Below, in pieces: positions 40,048 through 49,643 of a stretch of DNA of 64,000 bases (the first letter of the stretch is position 1; the number at the start of each line of letters is the position of its first letter). Origin of the DNA: Promethearchaeota archaeon. GTDB taxonomy: Archaea > Asgardarchaeota > Lokiarchaeia > Sigyniarchaeales > SOKP01. A model generated the notes under the pieces. That model ran no database searches, had not been told where the DNA came from, and saw nothing but the letters and a program-made list of their open reading frames with translations. The translations under genes and the position numbers were made by a program. The stretch lies in assembly GCA_016839765.1 (NCBI GenBank), contig JAEOTP010000087.1, positions 1 through 64,000 of the forward strand, in the 5' to 3' direction.

Positions 40048-40503
40048 TTATGAAATTGTTTTAAGTTTTTCAAGATAATTTATATATATTTGCTTTAAAC
40101 TGGCACCAAGAAAAGCCGAAAGCAAATTTATACCTAATAACGAAAGGATTGTTATTAGGGTTTCTAGTTTTGTAAAATAAATAAAAATTATGAGAATATC
40201 AAATCCATTAATAAACCAATACCATATCCACGATTCGAAAATGATAAATAGAATCAACCAAATACTATTTCTAATTCCATATTCAAAAAATCTTTCTCTA
40301 TATACTGTAATGAAAACGATAGCGAATAAAATAAGTGCCGATAAAAATGAAGAAGGATTAAACATTGCTCTATGTAAAAAGAGAATATTCTCTCCAATCG
40401 ATTTTTCATATACATTGCATATATATCCAAAGAATAGAAAATGAATTAATAAGCATGCTAAAATAAATTTAGTTTGTCTTCCCATTTCAATTTTTTTTTT
40501 CAT
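40048..40503 (-). CDS. Hypothetical 4-TM membrane protein
   Basis: Hydrophobic ORF whose start overlaps the stop of the upstream ORF (ATGA). Confidence 0.6.
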   Translation of the reverse strand: MKKKIEMGRQTKFILACLLIHFLFFGYICNVYEKSIGENILFLHRAMFNPSSFLSALILFAIVFITVYRERFFEYGIRNSIWLILFIIFESWIWYWFINGFDILIIFIYFTKLETLITILSLLGINLLSAFLGASLKQIYINYLEKLKTIS

Positions 40504-41252
40504 AATATCAATCCCAAGTCTAATTTTTCTAGATCAATATTTTTAAGAAGTTTTTTAGAATCAACTACGTTAGTTTTCGATCCGTTATTAATTATATTAT
40601 TTTCTTTCCATAATTGTAAATTAAATAGTGAATAGTTGTTTTCAAGTAATAATTCTTTATTATAGGAAAAAGAATCAAACAGATCATCATATATCAAATA
40701 TGGAATGAAATTCATTTCTTTCATTTTTTTTGTATTAGAATTATAAACTTTAATAGTCATTACATTAGGAAAATATTTATTTTCTCTTTCCTCGTATAAT
40801 TTTTCTGGTTTAATTACATTGACATTTTCAATTTTTAATATATTATCTTCTATTTTTTCCTTTAAAAAATTAATTATTTTGTTACAATAGTGGATAAGGT
40901 TAGGATGATATTCTTCTAAATCCTTATCAAAGTCAATTTTAGAATACAATTTTAAAAATTCAGAAATTAGAAATGTAAAATCGTTTGTGAGGTAAGAAAT
41001 ATCTGCGTGTATTATTTTTGAATTATTAAACCAATTTCTAATTTTATTATCATCCAATGGACGAAGCGTTATTTCTTTATATTTTTTTTTAGTAAAATTT
41101 ATTAGATTTTTAATCCCTAAAGTGAAAAACAATTGGAGATCTAAAAATAAATCTAATTTTTCGCATAATTTATTTAATTTAATGACGTCTGGAAATATAA
41201 ATAAAGTAGGGTCTCCATTTGATATTTTGTCAATTCTCATTGGAATTGGCAT
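40500..41252 (-). CDS. Hypothetical protein, probably 5'-truncated
   Basis: 250-aa ORF. The same frame stays open upstream to 41405 with no start codon (...CILINPKSLFRDPPSKLKSFKNDIAPTGFYFDLFTTDLFKIPV-MPIP). Confidence 0.55.
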   Translation of the reverse strand: MPIPMRIDKISNGDPTLFIFPDVIKLNKLCEKLDLFLDLQLFFTLGIKNLINFTKKKYKEITLRPLDDNKIRNWFNNSKIIHADISYLTNDFTFLISEFLKLYSKIDFDKDLEEYHPNLIHYCNKIINFLKEKIEDNILKIENVNVIKPEKLYEERENKYFPNVMTIKVYNSNTKKMKEMNFIPYLIYDDLFDSFSYNKELLLENNYSLFNLQLWKENNIINNGSKTNVVDSKKLLKNIDLEKLDLGLIL

Positions 41253-41368
41253 TACAGGAATTTTAAAAAGATCAGTGGTAAATAAATCAAAATAAAATCC
41301 AGTTGGAGCAATATCATTTTTAAATGATTTTAATTTGGAAGGAGGATCTCGAAATAGGCTTTTTGGAT

Positions 41369-41671
41369 TTATAAGAATGCACCTCCGCCATCTATTACCA
41401 AATCTTCAATGTTATAAAGGTCAGCATAAGTATCTGACCCCTTATAAGCCGCCTTAGCCTTAGCAGCAGATATATTATTATCAATATGGATTTTTCCCGA
41501 TAGTCTTGAGAGTTTTACATTTTCGTTATCTAAATTAATATCATCGACATATTCCGAACTATTATTGCTGCCTCCAGCATTAAGAGGGGGATTATTGCCA
41601 AATATAAGTGATAAAGCAAAATCGATTCCTAAAATCATTAAAACTACATTTATTTTAGATTTCTTTTTCAT
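41369..41671 (-). pseudogene. N-terminal fragment of a secreted beta-helix (NosD-like) surface protein
   Basis: Signal-like N-terminus, then GKIHIDNN...KGSDTYADLYNIEDLVIDGGG, a degenerate form of the GxGTxxDPYxIExxxIDG motif that precedes beta-helix repeats. It stops immediately, and the expected CILI continues in another frame. Confidence 0.55.
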
Positions 41672-41900
41672 ATTTTCTCTAAATAATTCTTTTATTTCCT
41701 ACTTTTTAAAAATTATGTTTAACGCATTCTGTTCCAAAATCTGAACACCAATTCTAAATAGTTTACTTGGTTCTTATTGGCTCATTCTTTTGTAATCTTT
41801 GGGCATAATTTTTAGATAAGATTACAATTTATAAAAATAATTAATAATAAAAAAAAAAAGTTATAATTTGATTAATTACGCCTATAAGGCTTTGCCTGGA

Positions 41901-43706
41901 TTACCACTCCGAGGCTCCGTATCCGTATTCGCCTTCGTATAGTAATCCTTCCCAGTAAGTCCCATAGAAATCATTATATGAGATTGGGTTACCAGTCCAT
42001 CCCCTAAGGTTTTTATGGATGCAATCATAGTTCTTATTGTGGTAGCCAAAAACCCAGGATTTGAGATCCTCAACGATATATCTTTGCATCTCATTATAAA
42101 GAGGTTTTCTCAAATCTTCATCAGTTTCCGCGATTCCAGCTGCCATTAACACTTCTAGATAAGGATCGTTTACTTGACAAGCGTTACTGCTGGAAATATT
42201 ACTAAACATTGGATTTATAAAGTTCTCGGGGTCGTTATAGTCAGGTATCCATCCAAGCCACCATAGTTCTAATGAATCCCAGCCGTGACTTACTTGCCTT
42301 CTATTGTAAAATCGATCTTTGTATTGCTCCCATGTCACACCCGCATCCTCAACGAGTACTCCAATTTTTGCGAAATTGTCAATAGTTATATCTCTTATAC
42401 CTTCTCTGTTTGGATTACCAGTGTTATAGGTGTAGTTCAAAGTTAGGAACGGAGCTGATGCTGTTTGGTCTATCCAATCTTGGTCTGTAAAGCCAACTCC
42501 AAACCTCATATCATTCATATATTGTCTGGCCATTGCAAGGTTATAGGTTGCGTAATCAAGAGTGTCATTATGATACTTAATACCTGGGGGTACGGGAGAT
42601 ACCATTCTAACTGCATAGCCCAGCTTCATACCATCAATCATAGCGGAATAGTTAAATGCGTATGAAAACGCGTTTCTCCAGGTTACATTATATTTTAAGC
42701 TATTGATACCCATGTATGAGGTAATAGACTCTACTGTACCTGTATTTAAAAGAGTCACATCTGGATCAGCATCCATTGTATCATAGTAGGATTCGAAGGG
42801 ATCTGTTATAATATCAACATCATTAGCAATCACTGACAACATTCTAGTATCAGAATCTGTAATTTTGACATGTACTAAGACATCAAAACCTATTCGGGCG
42901 CGATGATAATCTTCAAAAGCAGAAAATCTTATTTCGTAGGTATCTATATTTTCTAATACCATAGGACCAGTTCCAGCAACGGGGTTAGGGATTGTTCCTG
43001 TAGGATCTACTCCCGCTAAAGTTGGATCAATGTAATCAAATTGTGGTGTAGATACAGGTGACATTATACATGCTGCTGGGAATGTTAATAAAGCGCGGAA
43101 TACACCATGAGGTTTATTTAACACAAACTTTACAACATATGTACTGACAACTTCAGTGCGGTTAATGATTGGAGTACCATCACCCCACCTATATAACGAA
43201 TCGACAACAGTTGGGATTCCATAAAAGGAGCTGCTATTCAGTCTCCTATTTGGATACATATTCCACCATTCCCCACCGGTAACATTCTGTAAGAAGGCTA
43301 ATCTATCAAAACTCCATTTAACAGCAGCAGCATTAAATGGGGCGCCATCGTGGAATGTAACCCCCTGTTTAAGGTCTACCGTTAATTCTGTTCCAGTTAC
43401 ATCGTAAACACCTAGATTAGTTGAAAGCAAGGGATATACGTTCATTTCTGCTCCTTCGGCAGCGGCAGTTAAATTATTCTTCCATAATTCCTCATATATC
43501 ATCATAGTCGCATCAAAAGAAGCAGAGTCCCAAGCATATTGAGGGTCAATATCTTCTGCTATATACATATTACCGAATAAAACAGTCCTTACTCCCACAG
43601 GAGCTGCTATTTCTGGTTCCAGGACAAGTATAATGTTGCCAACACCGGAGGCTATTAAAGCTATGGCAAGGATAATGATTGCTACATTTTTCTTTTCCAT
43701 TTCCAT
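41901..43706 (-). CDS. oppA: Peptide ABC transporter substrate-binding protein (SBP family 5)
   Basis: N-terminal TM anchor, DP..AWD, LKQGVTFHDGAPFNAAAVKWSFDR, GTGP and WIPDYNDP. Confidence 0.9.
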   Translation of the reverse strand: MEMEKKNVAIIILAIALIASGVGNIILVLEPEIAAPVGVRTVLFGNMYIAEDIDPQYAWDSASFDATMMIYEELWKNNLTAAAEGAEMNVYPLLSTNLGVYDVTGTELTVDLKQGVTFHDGAPFNAAAVKWSFDRLAFLQNVTGGEWWNMYPNRRLNSSSFYGIPTVVDSLYRWGDGTPIINRTEVVSTYVVKFVLNKPHGVFRALLTFPAACIMSPVSTPQFDYIDPTLAGVDPTGTIPNPVAGTGPMVLENIDTYEIRFSAFEDYHRARIGFDVLVHVKITDSDTRMLSVIANDVDIITDPFESYYDTMDADPDVTLLNTGTVESITSYMGINSLKYNVTWRNAFSYAFNYSAMIDGMKLGYAVRMVSPVPPGIKYHNDTLDYATYNLAMARQYMNDMRFGVGFTDQDWIDQTASAPFLTLNYTYNTGNPNREGIRDITIDNFAKIGVLVEDAGVTWEQYKDRFYNRRQVSHGWDSLELWWLGWIPDYNDPENFINPMFSNISSSNACQVNDPYLEVLMAAGIAETDEDLRKPLYNEMQRYIVEDLKSWVFGYHNKNYDCIHKNLRGWTGNPISYNDFYGTYWEGLLYEGEYGYGASEW

Positions 43707-44014
43707 ATTTATATCACTTAAAATTTTTTGATTTTTTATTTTATTTAGATTAGTAGTTAATTAGTTTTGTTAATTTGTAAACTTATAAGTTTTACCTTTT
43801 TTTTGTTGTTATGTAAAAATAATCAGAATTTACGTATTGTGAATATTTTGAACTAGTTTTATTATTGTAAAATTTAAATATTTCAAAATTAAGCTTTCTG
43901 AGATGCTTTTTAAAAAACGTGAGTCTTTATAAGTATAATTAAAAATTGCTATTTACTCAACTTCTGACATAATTAACATTATAAAGGATCAATAAAATTA
44001 TAAATTGAGATAAA

Positions 44015-45223
44015 ATGGTCGTGGTATTAGAACAAAAAATAATTGATGAATTAGAGACTATTAAACATGTTAATAATTTAGCATTTGATCGTGCGGCAGC
44101 AACAGTAGGAGAAACAAAAGCTGTCAATTATGTGCAAGAAGAACTTATCGATAATAGTATTAATTTCAAATTAGAATATTTTGCATGGAGTAGTCCGATA
44201 AGATTTTTAATGAAAACTATTTATTTAATGGTATTGGCATATTTACTTGCTTTTAAGCTATTCTTAGTAATTGTACTCTTTTTCTTTATTAAATATATGT
44301 TTCAAAAAACTAGGAAGATTTCGTTTACACAAAAAGAACAATCTAAAAACTTAATTGCCACCATAAAAGCTAGAAGAAGGGTAAAAAATAGGCCAGTTAT
44401 TATTTTTTCTGCTCATTATGATTCTGTTTCTTCAAGGATCTCGTATAAAGTTCAAAATGCATTATTATACATAATAAGAATTATAATCTTGCCATATATT
44501 GGTCTAACAATATTCGTTACGATTTGGATTGCACTAGAGGAACTAAATTTGTTTTCAATCACCGCGTATAATTCTATTTTTATATATTTAGTGAGTATAA
44601 TTTCAATAATTTCTTTAAGTGTAGTAATTCCGCTTTTTTTATTCTTCTTTATTGCAAATAAATCAACTGGTTCTATAGACAATGCAAGTGGGGTTTCAAT
44701 TTTAATTGAATTAGCTAAATTAATAAAAAACAAACCGCTTGAAAATTATGATGTTTTATTCGTTTGGTGTGGAGCAGAGGAATGGGGGTTGAAGGGTTCA
44801 AAAAATTATATCAAAAAAAATAAATTTAATCTCAAAAATAAATATGATCTCAATAAATCTATGAATATCAATATAGATATGGTAGGTACATATGTAGGAC
44901 TCTTTAATAGAAAGGGACTAATTAGAAAAAAAGCACTTAATAAGAATTTAAATATAATAATTCAACAATCCGCACAGAAACTAAATATACCTTTAGAAGT
45001 ATATGATAAAGTGCGTAAACCAGCAGGTGATCATATTTCATTTCGACGTTTTAGCAAGAAAACTAAAAGTTCTTTTCAGGTTGCATGTTTCCATTCAGAT
45101 AAGGATTCAAAATATATTCATTCTATAAGAGATACTCCAGATAAATGTTCAAATAAGATTTTGAATGGATGTTTAGGAATTTGTTTTGAAACCATATCAT
45201 ATCTGGATTCAAAAATTGAATAA
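44015..45223 (+). CDS. Membrane-embedded M28 family peptidase
   Basis: SAHYDS, GSIDNASG, GAEEWGL.GS, NIDMVG, GDH and HSIRD, with internal TM helices. Confidence 0.88.
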   Translation: MVVVLEQKIIDELETIKHVNNLAFDRAAATVGETKAVNYVQEELIDNSINFKLEYFAWSSPIRFLMKTIYLMVLAYLLAFKLFLVIVLFFFIKYMFQKTRKISFTQKEQSKNLIATIKARRRVKNRPVIIFSAHYDSVSSRISYKVQNALLYIIRIIILPYIGLTIFVTIWIALEELNLFSITAYNSIFIYLVSIISIISLSVVIPLFLFFFIANKSTGSIDNASGVSILIELAKLIKNKPLENYDVLFVWCGAEEWGLKGSKNYIKKNKFNLKNKYDLNKSMNINIDMVGTYVGLFNRKGLIRKKALNKNLNIIIQQSAQKLNIPLEVYDKVRKPAGDHISFRRFSKKTKSSFQVACFHSDKDSKYIHSIRDTPDKCSNKILNGCLGICFETISYLDSKIE

Positions 45224-45231
45224 ATTAAAAA

Positions 45232-46185
45232 TTAGGGTAAAGAAATTTTAAACAAATCATATAAAATTTGCTTTATATCAATATAATAGAAAGTAAAGAA
45301 GAATATCGCACCTAAAAATAATCCCGCGATAAGGATTCCCTTATCGAAAATTACTTTTTCAGTACTCCGAGCAATTTCGGGTTTCGCTGTGGTTAAATAC
45401 AAATATCTCATAATAATATAAAACATAGTTGGTATAGATAAGATTATTAAGTATTGATAAAAAAATCTCAATTCCTCTTCGAATAGATAGAATTGAAACA
45501 TCAAATACATAACATAAGTAATTAAGATAGTAGTAGCAGTAATAGTATGAAATTGTTCTAATAATTTCATGTTATATTGTTCATAGATTTTTTTATGTAC
45601 TTTAGCTTTTTCTTCTCCTAATAAGATTAAATCTCCTTTTCTTTTTGCAATAACCAAAAATAATGCAACTTCATATACCGCAAAAATTAGCCACGGAGAT
45701 ACAATAACATCTATTAAAACGCACCCTGCTAATGCACGCCATAGGTAAATTAATGCTAAGACTAAAACATCAATAAATGCAAATTTTTTAAAGAAATAAT
45801 TATAAAATTGTCCCGTTCCAAATACTAATACCAGCATGATGATGAAATTTAAATTTGGGATTAAAAATATTAATAAAATGACTATAATTGTAGAAAGGAA
45901 TGCTATTAATGCCAAGGCAAACTTTACAGAAAGTCTTCCAGAAGCTAGGGCTTTTTTTTCTAATTTTTCTGGGTGTAGCTTATCTTTTTCGATATCGATT
46001 ATATCATTTATAATATAATTGATTGAAGATACGCAACATAAAATAATAAAGCCTAAAATAAGAAGTGGTAACAGTGAAATGTCCAACAATTTTCCACCAA
46101 AGAAAGAACCTACGAAAATTAATACATTTTTATAATACTGTCTTATTCGCAAAAGATTTAAGATATTTCTAATAGTGCTTTTCAT
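45232..46185 (-). CDS. UbiA-family prenyltransferase, decaprenyl-phosphate phosphoribosyltransferase-like
   Basis: RIRQYYKNVLIF, YIINDIIDIEKDKLHPEK...ALASG, KRKGDL and RYLY. Confidence 0.8.
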   Translation of the reverse strand: MKSTIRNILNLLRIRQYYKNVLIFVGSFFGGKLLDISLLPLLILGFIILCCVSSINYIINDIIDIEKDKLHPEKLEKKALASGRLSVKFALALIAFLSTIIVILLIFLIPNLNFIIMLVLVFGTGQFYNYFFKKFAFIDVLVLALIYLWRALAGCVLIDVIVSPWLIFAVYEVALFLVIAKRKGDLILLGEEKAKVHKKIYEQYNMKLLEQFHTITATTILITYVMYLMFQFYLFEEELRFFYQYLIILSIPTMFYIIMRYLYLTTAKPEIARSTEKVIFDKGILIAGLFLGAIFFFTFYYIDIKQILYDLFKISLP

Positions 46186-46270
46186 ATTAATTTTTTAAAA
46201 AGGACATCTAAATTAAACTTTATTGAGGTAAAAAAGTTATTTCGATTTATGCTAAAAAAAGTTGTAATTA

Positions 46271-46343
46271 TAGCCCGGCACGGATTCGAACCGTGGTCAC
46301 GGGGTTCAAGGCCCCATATGCTTGGCCGCTACACCACCGGGCT
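46271..46343 (-). tRNA. tRNA-Gln(UUG), intronless, CCA not encoded, atypical anticodon loop CCUUGAA
   Basis: AGCCCGG TG GTGT AGCGGCCAA GCAT A TGGGG CCTTGAA CCCCG TGAC CACGG TTCGAAT CCGTG CCGGGCT A forms a full cloverleaf. A1:U72 and A73 are typical of archaeal tRNA-Gln. Confidence 0.9.
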
Positions 46344-46375
46344 TTTATTTATGTAATAAATAAATTCATTAGAAT

Positions 46376-46999
46376 TTAAATATTAAATGGTTTTAAATCG
46401 TGTTTAAAAAATTTTTCTCCCAATAATTTACTATTAAGTTTTAAAAAGTCAATTTCTTCGTTTTCATTTCTGTATTCATCTGGAAGCATTTGTGGGATAC
46501 TATCTCTTATGGGAAACCAGCGTTTACATTTTGGACAGAATAATAGCCCTGATTCAATTTCAGTTTCGAGTTTAATTTTATTTACAAAAAATAATTCTGG
46601 TAATAATGTTTCAATCTTGTCAAGCTGTATATTTTTAGAATAAGTTTTAATTTTTTTTTTAATTTCATTTTTAATTATATTGAAGCATATTTTGCTAGCT
46701 TTATTTGATGAATTATCATATATAAAATCAAATTCATTAATACTTGAAATTATTAACTCAAGATATTTTTGAATGGGACTTATTTCGATGATAATATTAT
46801 CTTTGATAAATAAATCATCATTTTCTCGATTCATTTCAATAATATCTTCTTTTTTAACGATTTCTATATCTCTGTTCTTATAATTATTTACAAATGATTG
46901 AAATTCATCTTCTTTTGTTCCAAATGAAAAAATATATAATTCTAAAGGGAAGTGTTTATCTATAGGGCATGCTAAAATGTCAAATAGCCATGGTTTCAT
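46376..46999 (-). CDS. trm112: Trm112 family methyltransferase activator with a long central insertion
   Basis: MKPWLFDILACPIDK...EIESGLLFCPKCKRWFPIRDSIPQMLP. Confidence 0.88.
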   Translation of the reverse strand: MKPWLFDILACPIDKHFPLELYIFSFGTKEDEFQSFVNNYKNRDIEIVKKEDIIEMNRENDDLFIKDNIIIEISPIQKYLELIISSINEFDFIYDNSSNKASKICFNIIKNEIKKKIKTYSKNIQLDKIETLLPELFFVNKIKLETEIESGLLFCPKCKRWFPIRDSIPQMLPDEYRNENEEIDFLKLNSKLLGEKFFKHDLKPFNI

Positions 47000-47031
47000 A
47001 AAAAAACTCCTTTTAAAAAAAATAATAATTG

Positions 47032-48906
47032 TTATAGTAAATAGCTTCTTAACTGTTGTATATTTTTATCTATTGTTCTATCAATCCTTCTCCTCCGTTT
47101 CATGAAATCTTCAAGAAGTTTTTGATAAGCAGCTTTAGAGGGTAACTTACCTCTTTTATATCGATTATCTAATAAAGTTAGACTATCATTCACGCTTTCT
47201 CTTTCAGCATCTAAAACATCTAACTTTTTGATAATATTTTTAAAAGTTTCATTAATCTCCATTAAAACTTTTTTAAATGGAAGTAATTCTTGTTTGATTT
47301 GCTCTATTTTGGTGGTGTTTTTGCTTAAGAGATTACTGTATATTTTCTTAGCTATTTTTTTACGTTTAGAATCTTCTTCCGCTCTTCTAATCTCTAAAAC
47401 TAACGCATTTTTTTCCTCATATAATGAACAAAATTCTCGAAGCTCATCTATTGGTATTTCAACTTTTTCAGTAACAAATTTTTCTTCTCTTTCTTTTTTG
47501 ATTTTAATTAATATAACATAAATTGATGCCAAAAGTCCAATTGTTAATGTAATTATAATTGGTCTAAGCAATAATTCAAAGAGATCAATTGAAAAAGTGA
47601 ATTGAATCATTTTAGATTCAATTGATGTTACAAATTCAAAATTATATACTAAAGTTTTTGAACCTCCAGTATCAATTATTGCATCAGGTGGAAGCGACAC
47701 ATATTCCAAATTATTACATCCTTGAATCACAACATTAATGGTTTGTTCCTTACCCAGACATTCAAAGGTTGTTGTAAATAAATTGATTTGGATTGATTCT
47801 TGAAACCAATTTATTGAAGTATACTCATATATGTCTAAAACATATTCTACAGTAAAACTAATTTTAGATAATGGTTTTAATGGGACTCTGTTTTGAGCTA
47901 AATTAATAGTAAATGATTTTTTATCTGAAAATGTCTCACTATCATCTAAAAAAACATCTCCACCAATGTTACCAATATCATCATACACATGCACATTTAT
48001 GGTGCTATATGGAACGTGTAAAGGGAAAGTACTTATATCGATAGGTCCCAGATTTTGGAGTATATAATTTTCTTTAACTTTAATTAATCCCCATGGTGAG
48101 ATATTTATTTCTCGATTGATCTTTTCGAATTCCATCTTGGAAAATCTATTGTCTTGAAAGGAAATTGAGATCTCTTGTTGGGATTTATTGAAATTTGCTA
48201 GAAATGGGTCTATACGATCAAAATAAAGACTTTGACTCAAATCATATATTATTTGAGTTTCGATGATAGGGAACCCCATATCCTCTACTTTGTCATACCA
48301 CACCGTATTTGAGGTACTAGGCATTATGAATTTTGTCTGGATCAGCCCTCCTTCTACTTTATAAGGTAAAATTGGAAAAATAGATTCTGTGATATTGATG
48401 ATTTGCTCAATTTGATATTCCTCAGTTAATTGTGTATAGTAAACTAGACTGTTTGTTTGTGAATGGTAGAAAGATATAGTTGTTTGTTGATGGGGTAATA
48501 GTGGTGAATCAAAATAGATAGCTATTAATTCATAATCGTTTAAAACAAGATGGGCTCTTTCAGTTAATAGAATATTCTTGCTCTCACCCGTTGCTTTACA
48601 AAATATTATATCATTTGATTTGTTTAAATGTATTGGAATAAATATTGAAGTTATTGGGTTATTATTTTGATTTAAAATCGTTAATTTGTCTTTAAAATTT
48701 ACTAGATCATATCCGCTAATATTTACGGTTCGTATCATATCTGTAATTAATATATTCTCTGCTCCATCTAAACTTACAGATAATTTTGGAGCTATATATT
48801 CCTCGCTATTCTCATATTTTTCAGAATTAAATTGAATATTTGATATTAAAATAATGAGAAAAATCAATCCTATAGTCAATAAACAAATTTTTTTGCTTCT
48901 AAACAT
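47032..48906 (-). CDS. Ribophorin I (RPN1/OST1)-like protein
   Basis: Signal peptide; RTVNISG and REINISPWGLIKVKENYILQNLG (compare RPN1 RxIEVSHWGNIAVEE); one TM (LLRPIIITLTIGLLASIYV); helical cytosolic tail of about 150 aa. Confidence 0.75.
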   Translation of the reverse strand: MFRSKKICLLTIGLIFLIILISNIQFNSEKYENSEEYIAPKLSVSLDGAENILITDMIRTVNISGYDLVNFKDKLTILNQNNNPITSIFIPIHLNKSNDIIFCKATGESKNILLTERAHLVLNDYELIAIYFDSPLLPHQQTTISFYHSQTNSLVYYTQLTEEYQIEQIINITESIFPILPYKVEGGLIQTKFIMPSTSNTVWYDKVEDMGFPIIETQIIYDLSQSLYFDRIDPFLANFNKSQQEISISFQDNRFSKMEFEKINREINISPWGLIKVKENYILQNLGPIDISTFPLHVPYSTINVHVYDDIGNIGGDVFLDDSETFSDKKSFTINLAQNRVPLKPLSKISFTVEYVLDIYEYTSINWFQESIQINLFTTTFECLGKEQTINVVIQGCNNLEYVSLPPDAIIDTGGSKTLVYNFEFVTSIESKMIQFTFSIDLFELLLRPIIITLTIGLLASIYVILIKIKKEREEKFVTEKVEIPIDELREFCSLYEEKNALVLEIRRAEEDSKRKKIAKKIYSNLLSKNTTKIEQIKQELLPFKKVLMEINETFKNIIKKLDVLDAERESVNDSLTLLDNRYKRGKLPSKAAYQKLLEDFMKRRRRIDRTIDKNIQQLRSYLL

Positions 48907-49065
48907 ATTTTTATATTTTACTCCTTAAATTAACTACAAATAATTAAAATAAATAATAAAAATTTATTTAATTTTATTTTTATGATTCGGGATAAAACTT
49001 AATATTAATAGAATTCTATATTTAAATAATTCTTGATTAAAAACTTTTTGATAAATGAGAAAATC

Positions 49066-49275
49066 ATGTCTACTAGCAGAAGATCCCAATCAAGACGCCG
49101 AAAAAGACGAAGTGGAACTGCTCCAATGCCTATGGGAGGAGCAGGATTAATGAGATTTTTCGAGGATAGTTCTATTGGTATAAAGGTGGGACCTATTGGT
49201 ACAGTTATTATGACACTCGCATTAATATTAGTTGTAATTTTTGCTCATCTTGGTATTTTTGAATGGTTTTTTTAA
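49066..49275 (+). CDS. secG: Preprotein translocase subunit Sec61beta
   Basis: Basic N-terminus, GAGLMRFFED...IKVGP and a C-terminal TM. The ATG at 49066 is preferred over the TTG at 49033. Confidence 0.92.
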   Translation: MSTSRRSQSRRRKRRSGTAPMPMGGAGLMRFFEDSSIGIKVGPIGTVIMTLALILVVIFAHLGIFEWFF

Positions 49276-49323
49276 TCTTAAATTTAAATAACTTATTCTT
49301 ATTATACTTTTCAAGATTTTATT

Positions 49324-49623
49324 ATGAAGATTTCTGAGTTTCAAGATTTGATGAAAGAGTTATATTTTAAGAAAGATTGTAAGAGAGGAGTTAAAAATAC
49401 ATTCATTTGGTTAGTTGAGGAAATCGGTGAATTAGCGACACTTTTAAAAAAAGATAATATTGATACTAATAAAATTTCAGAAGAATTAGCTGATATTATT
49501 GCCTGGACAAATTCATTAGCAAATTTATTAAATATTGATTTAGAGCATGCTCTCTTTAATAAATACCCAAATCAGTGTAAGAAATGCGGTAATAAGCCCT
49601 GTAGATGTAAGAATGAGTTATAA
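49324..49623 (+). CDS. MazG-like nucleotide pyrophosphohydrolase
   Basis: WLVEEIGELA...EELADIIAW..SLANLL, plus a C-terminal CxxC..PCxC. Confidence 0.88.
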   Translation: MKISEFQDLMKELYFKKDCKRGVKNTFIWLVEEIGELATLLKKDNIDTNKISEELADIIAWTNSLANLLNIDLEHALFNKYPNQCKKCGNKPCRCKNEL

Positions 49624-49643
49624 GAAATATTTTTGGATGTATA

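Noticed and set aside
41901-43706. Higher GC of oppA as a sign of recent horizontal transfer
   Set aside because: Other probably highly expressed genes (uS3, oppB, oppC) are also GC-richer than the spacers, so amino-acid composition and expression can explain it.
46305-46311. Reading the tRNA as Ser(UGA) by shifting the loop one base
   Set aside because: The shift destroys the anticodon stem, there is no long variable arm, and A1:U72 indicates Gln.
46100-47000. tRNA as the integration site of a mobile element
   Set aside because: No integrase, no duplicated tRNA 3' end seen, and the flanking genes are housekeeping.
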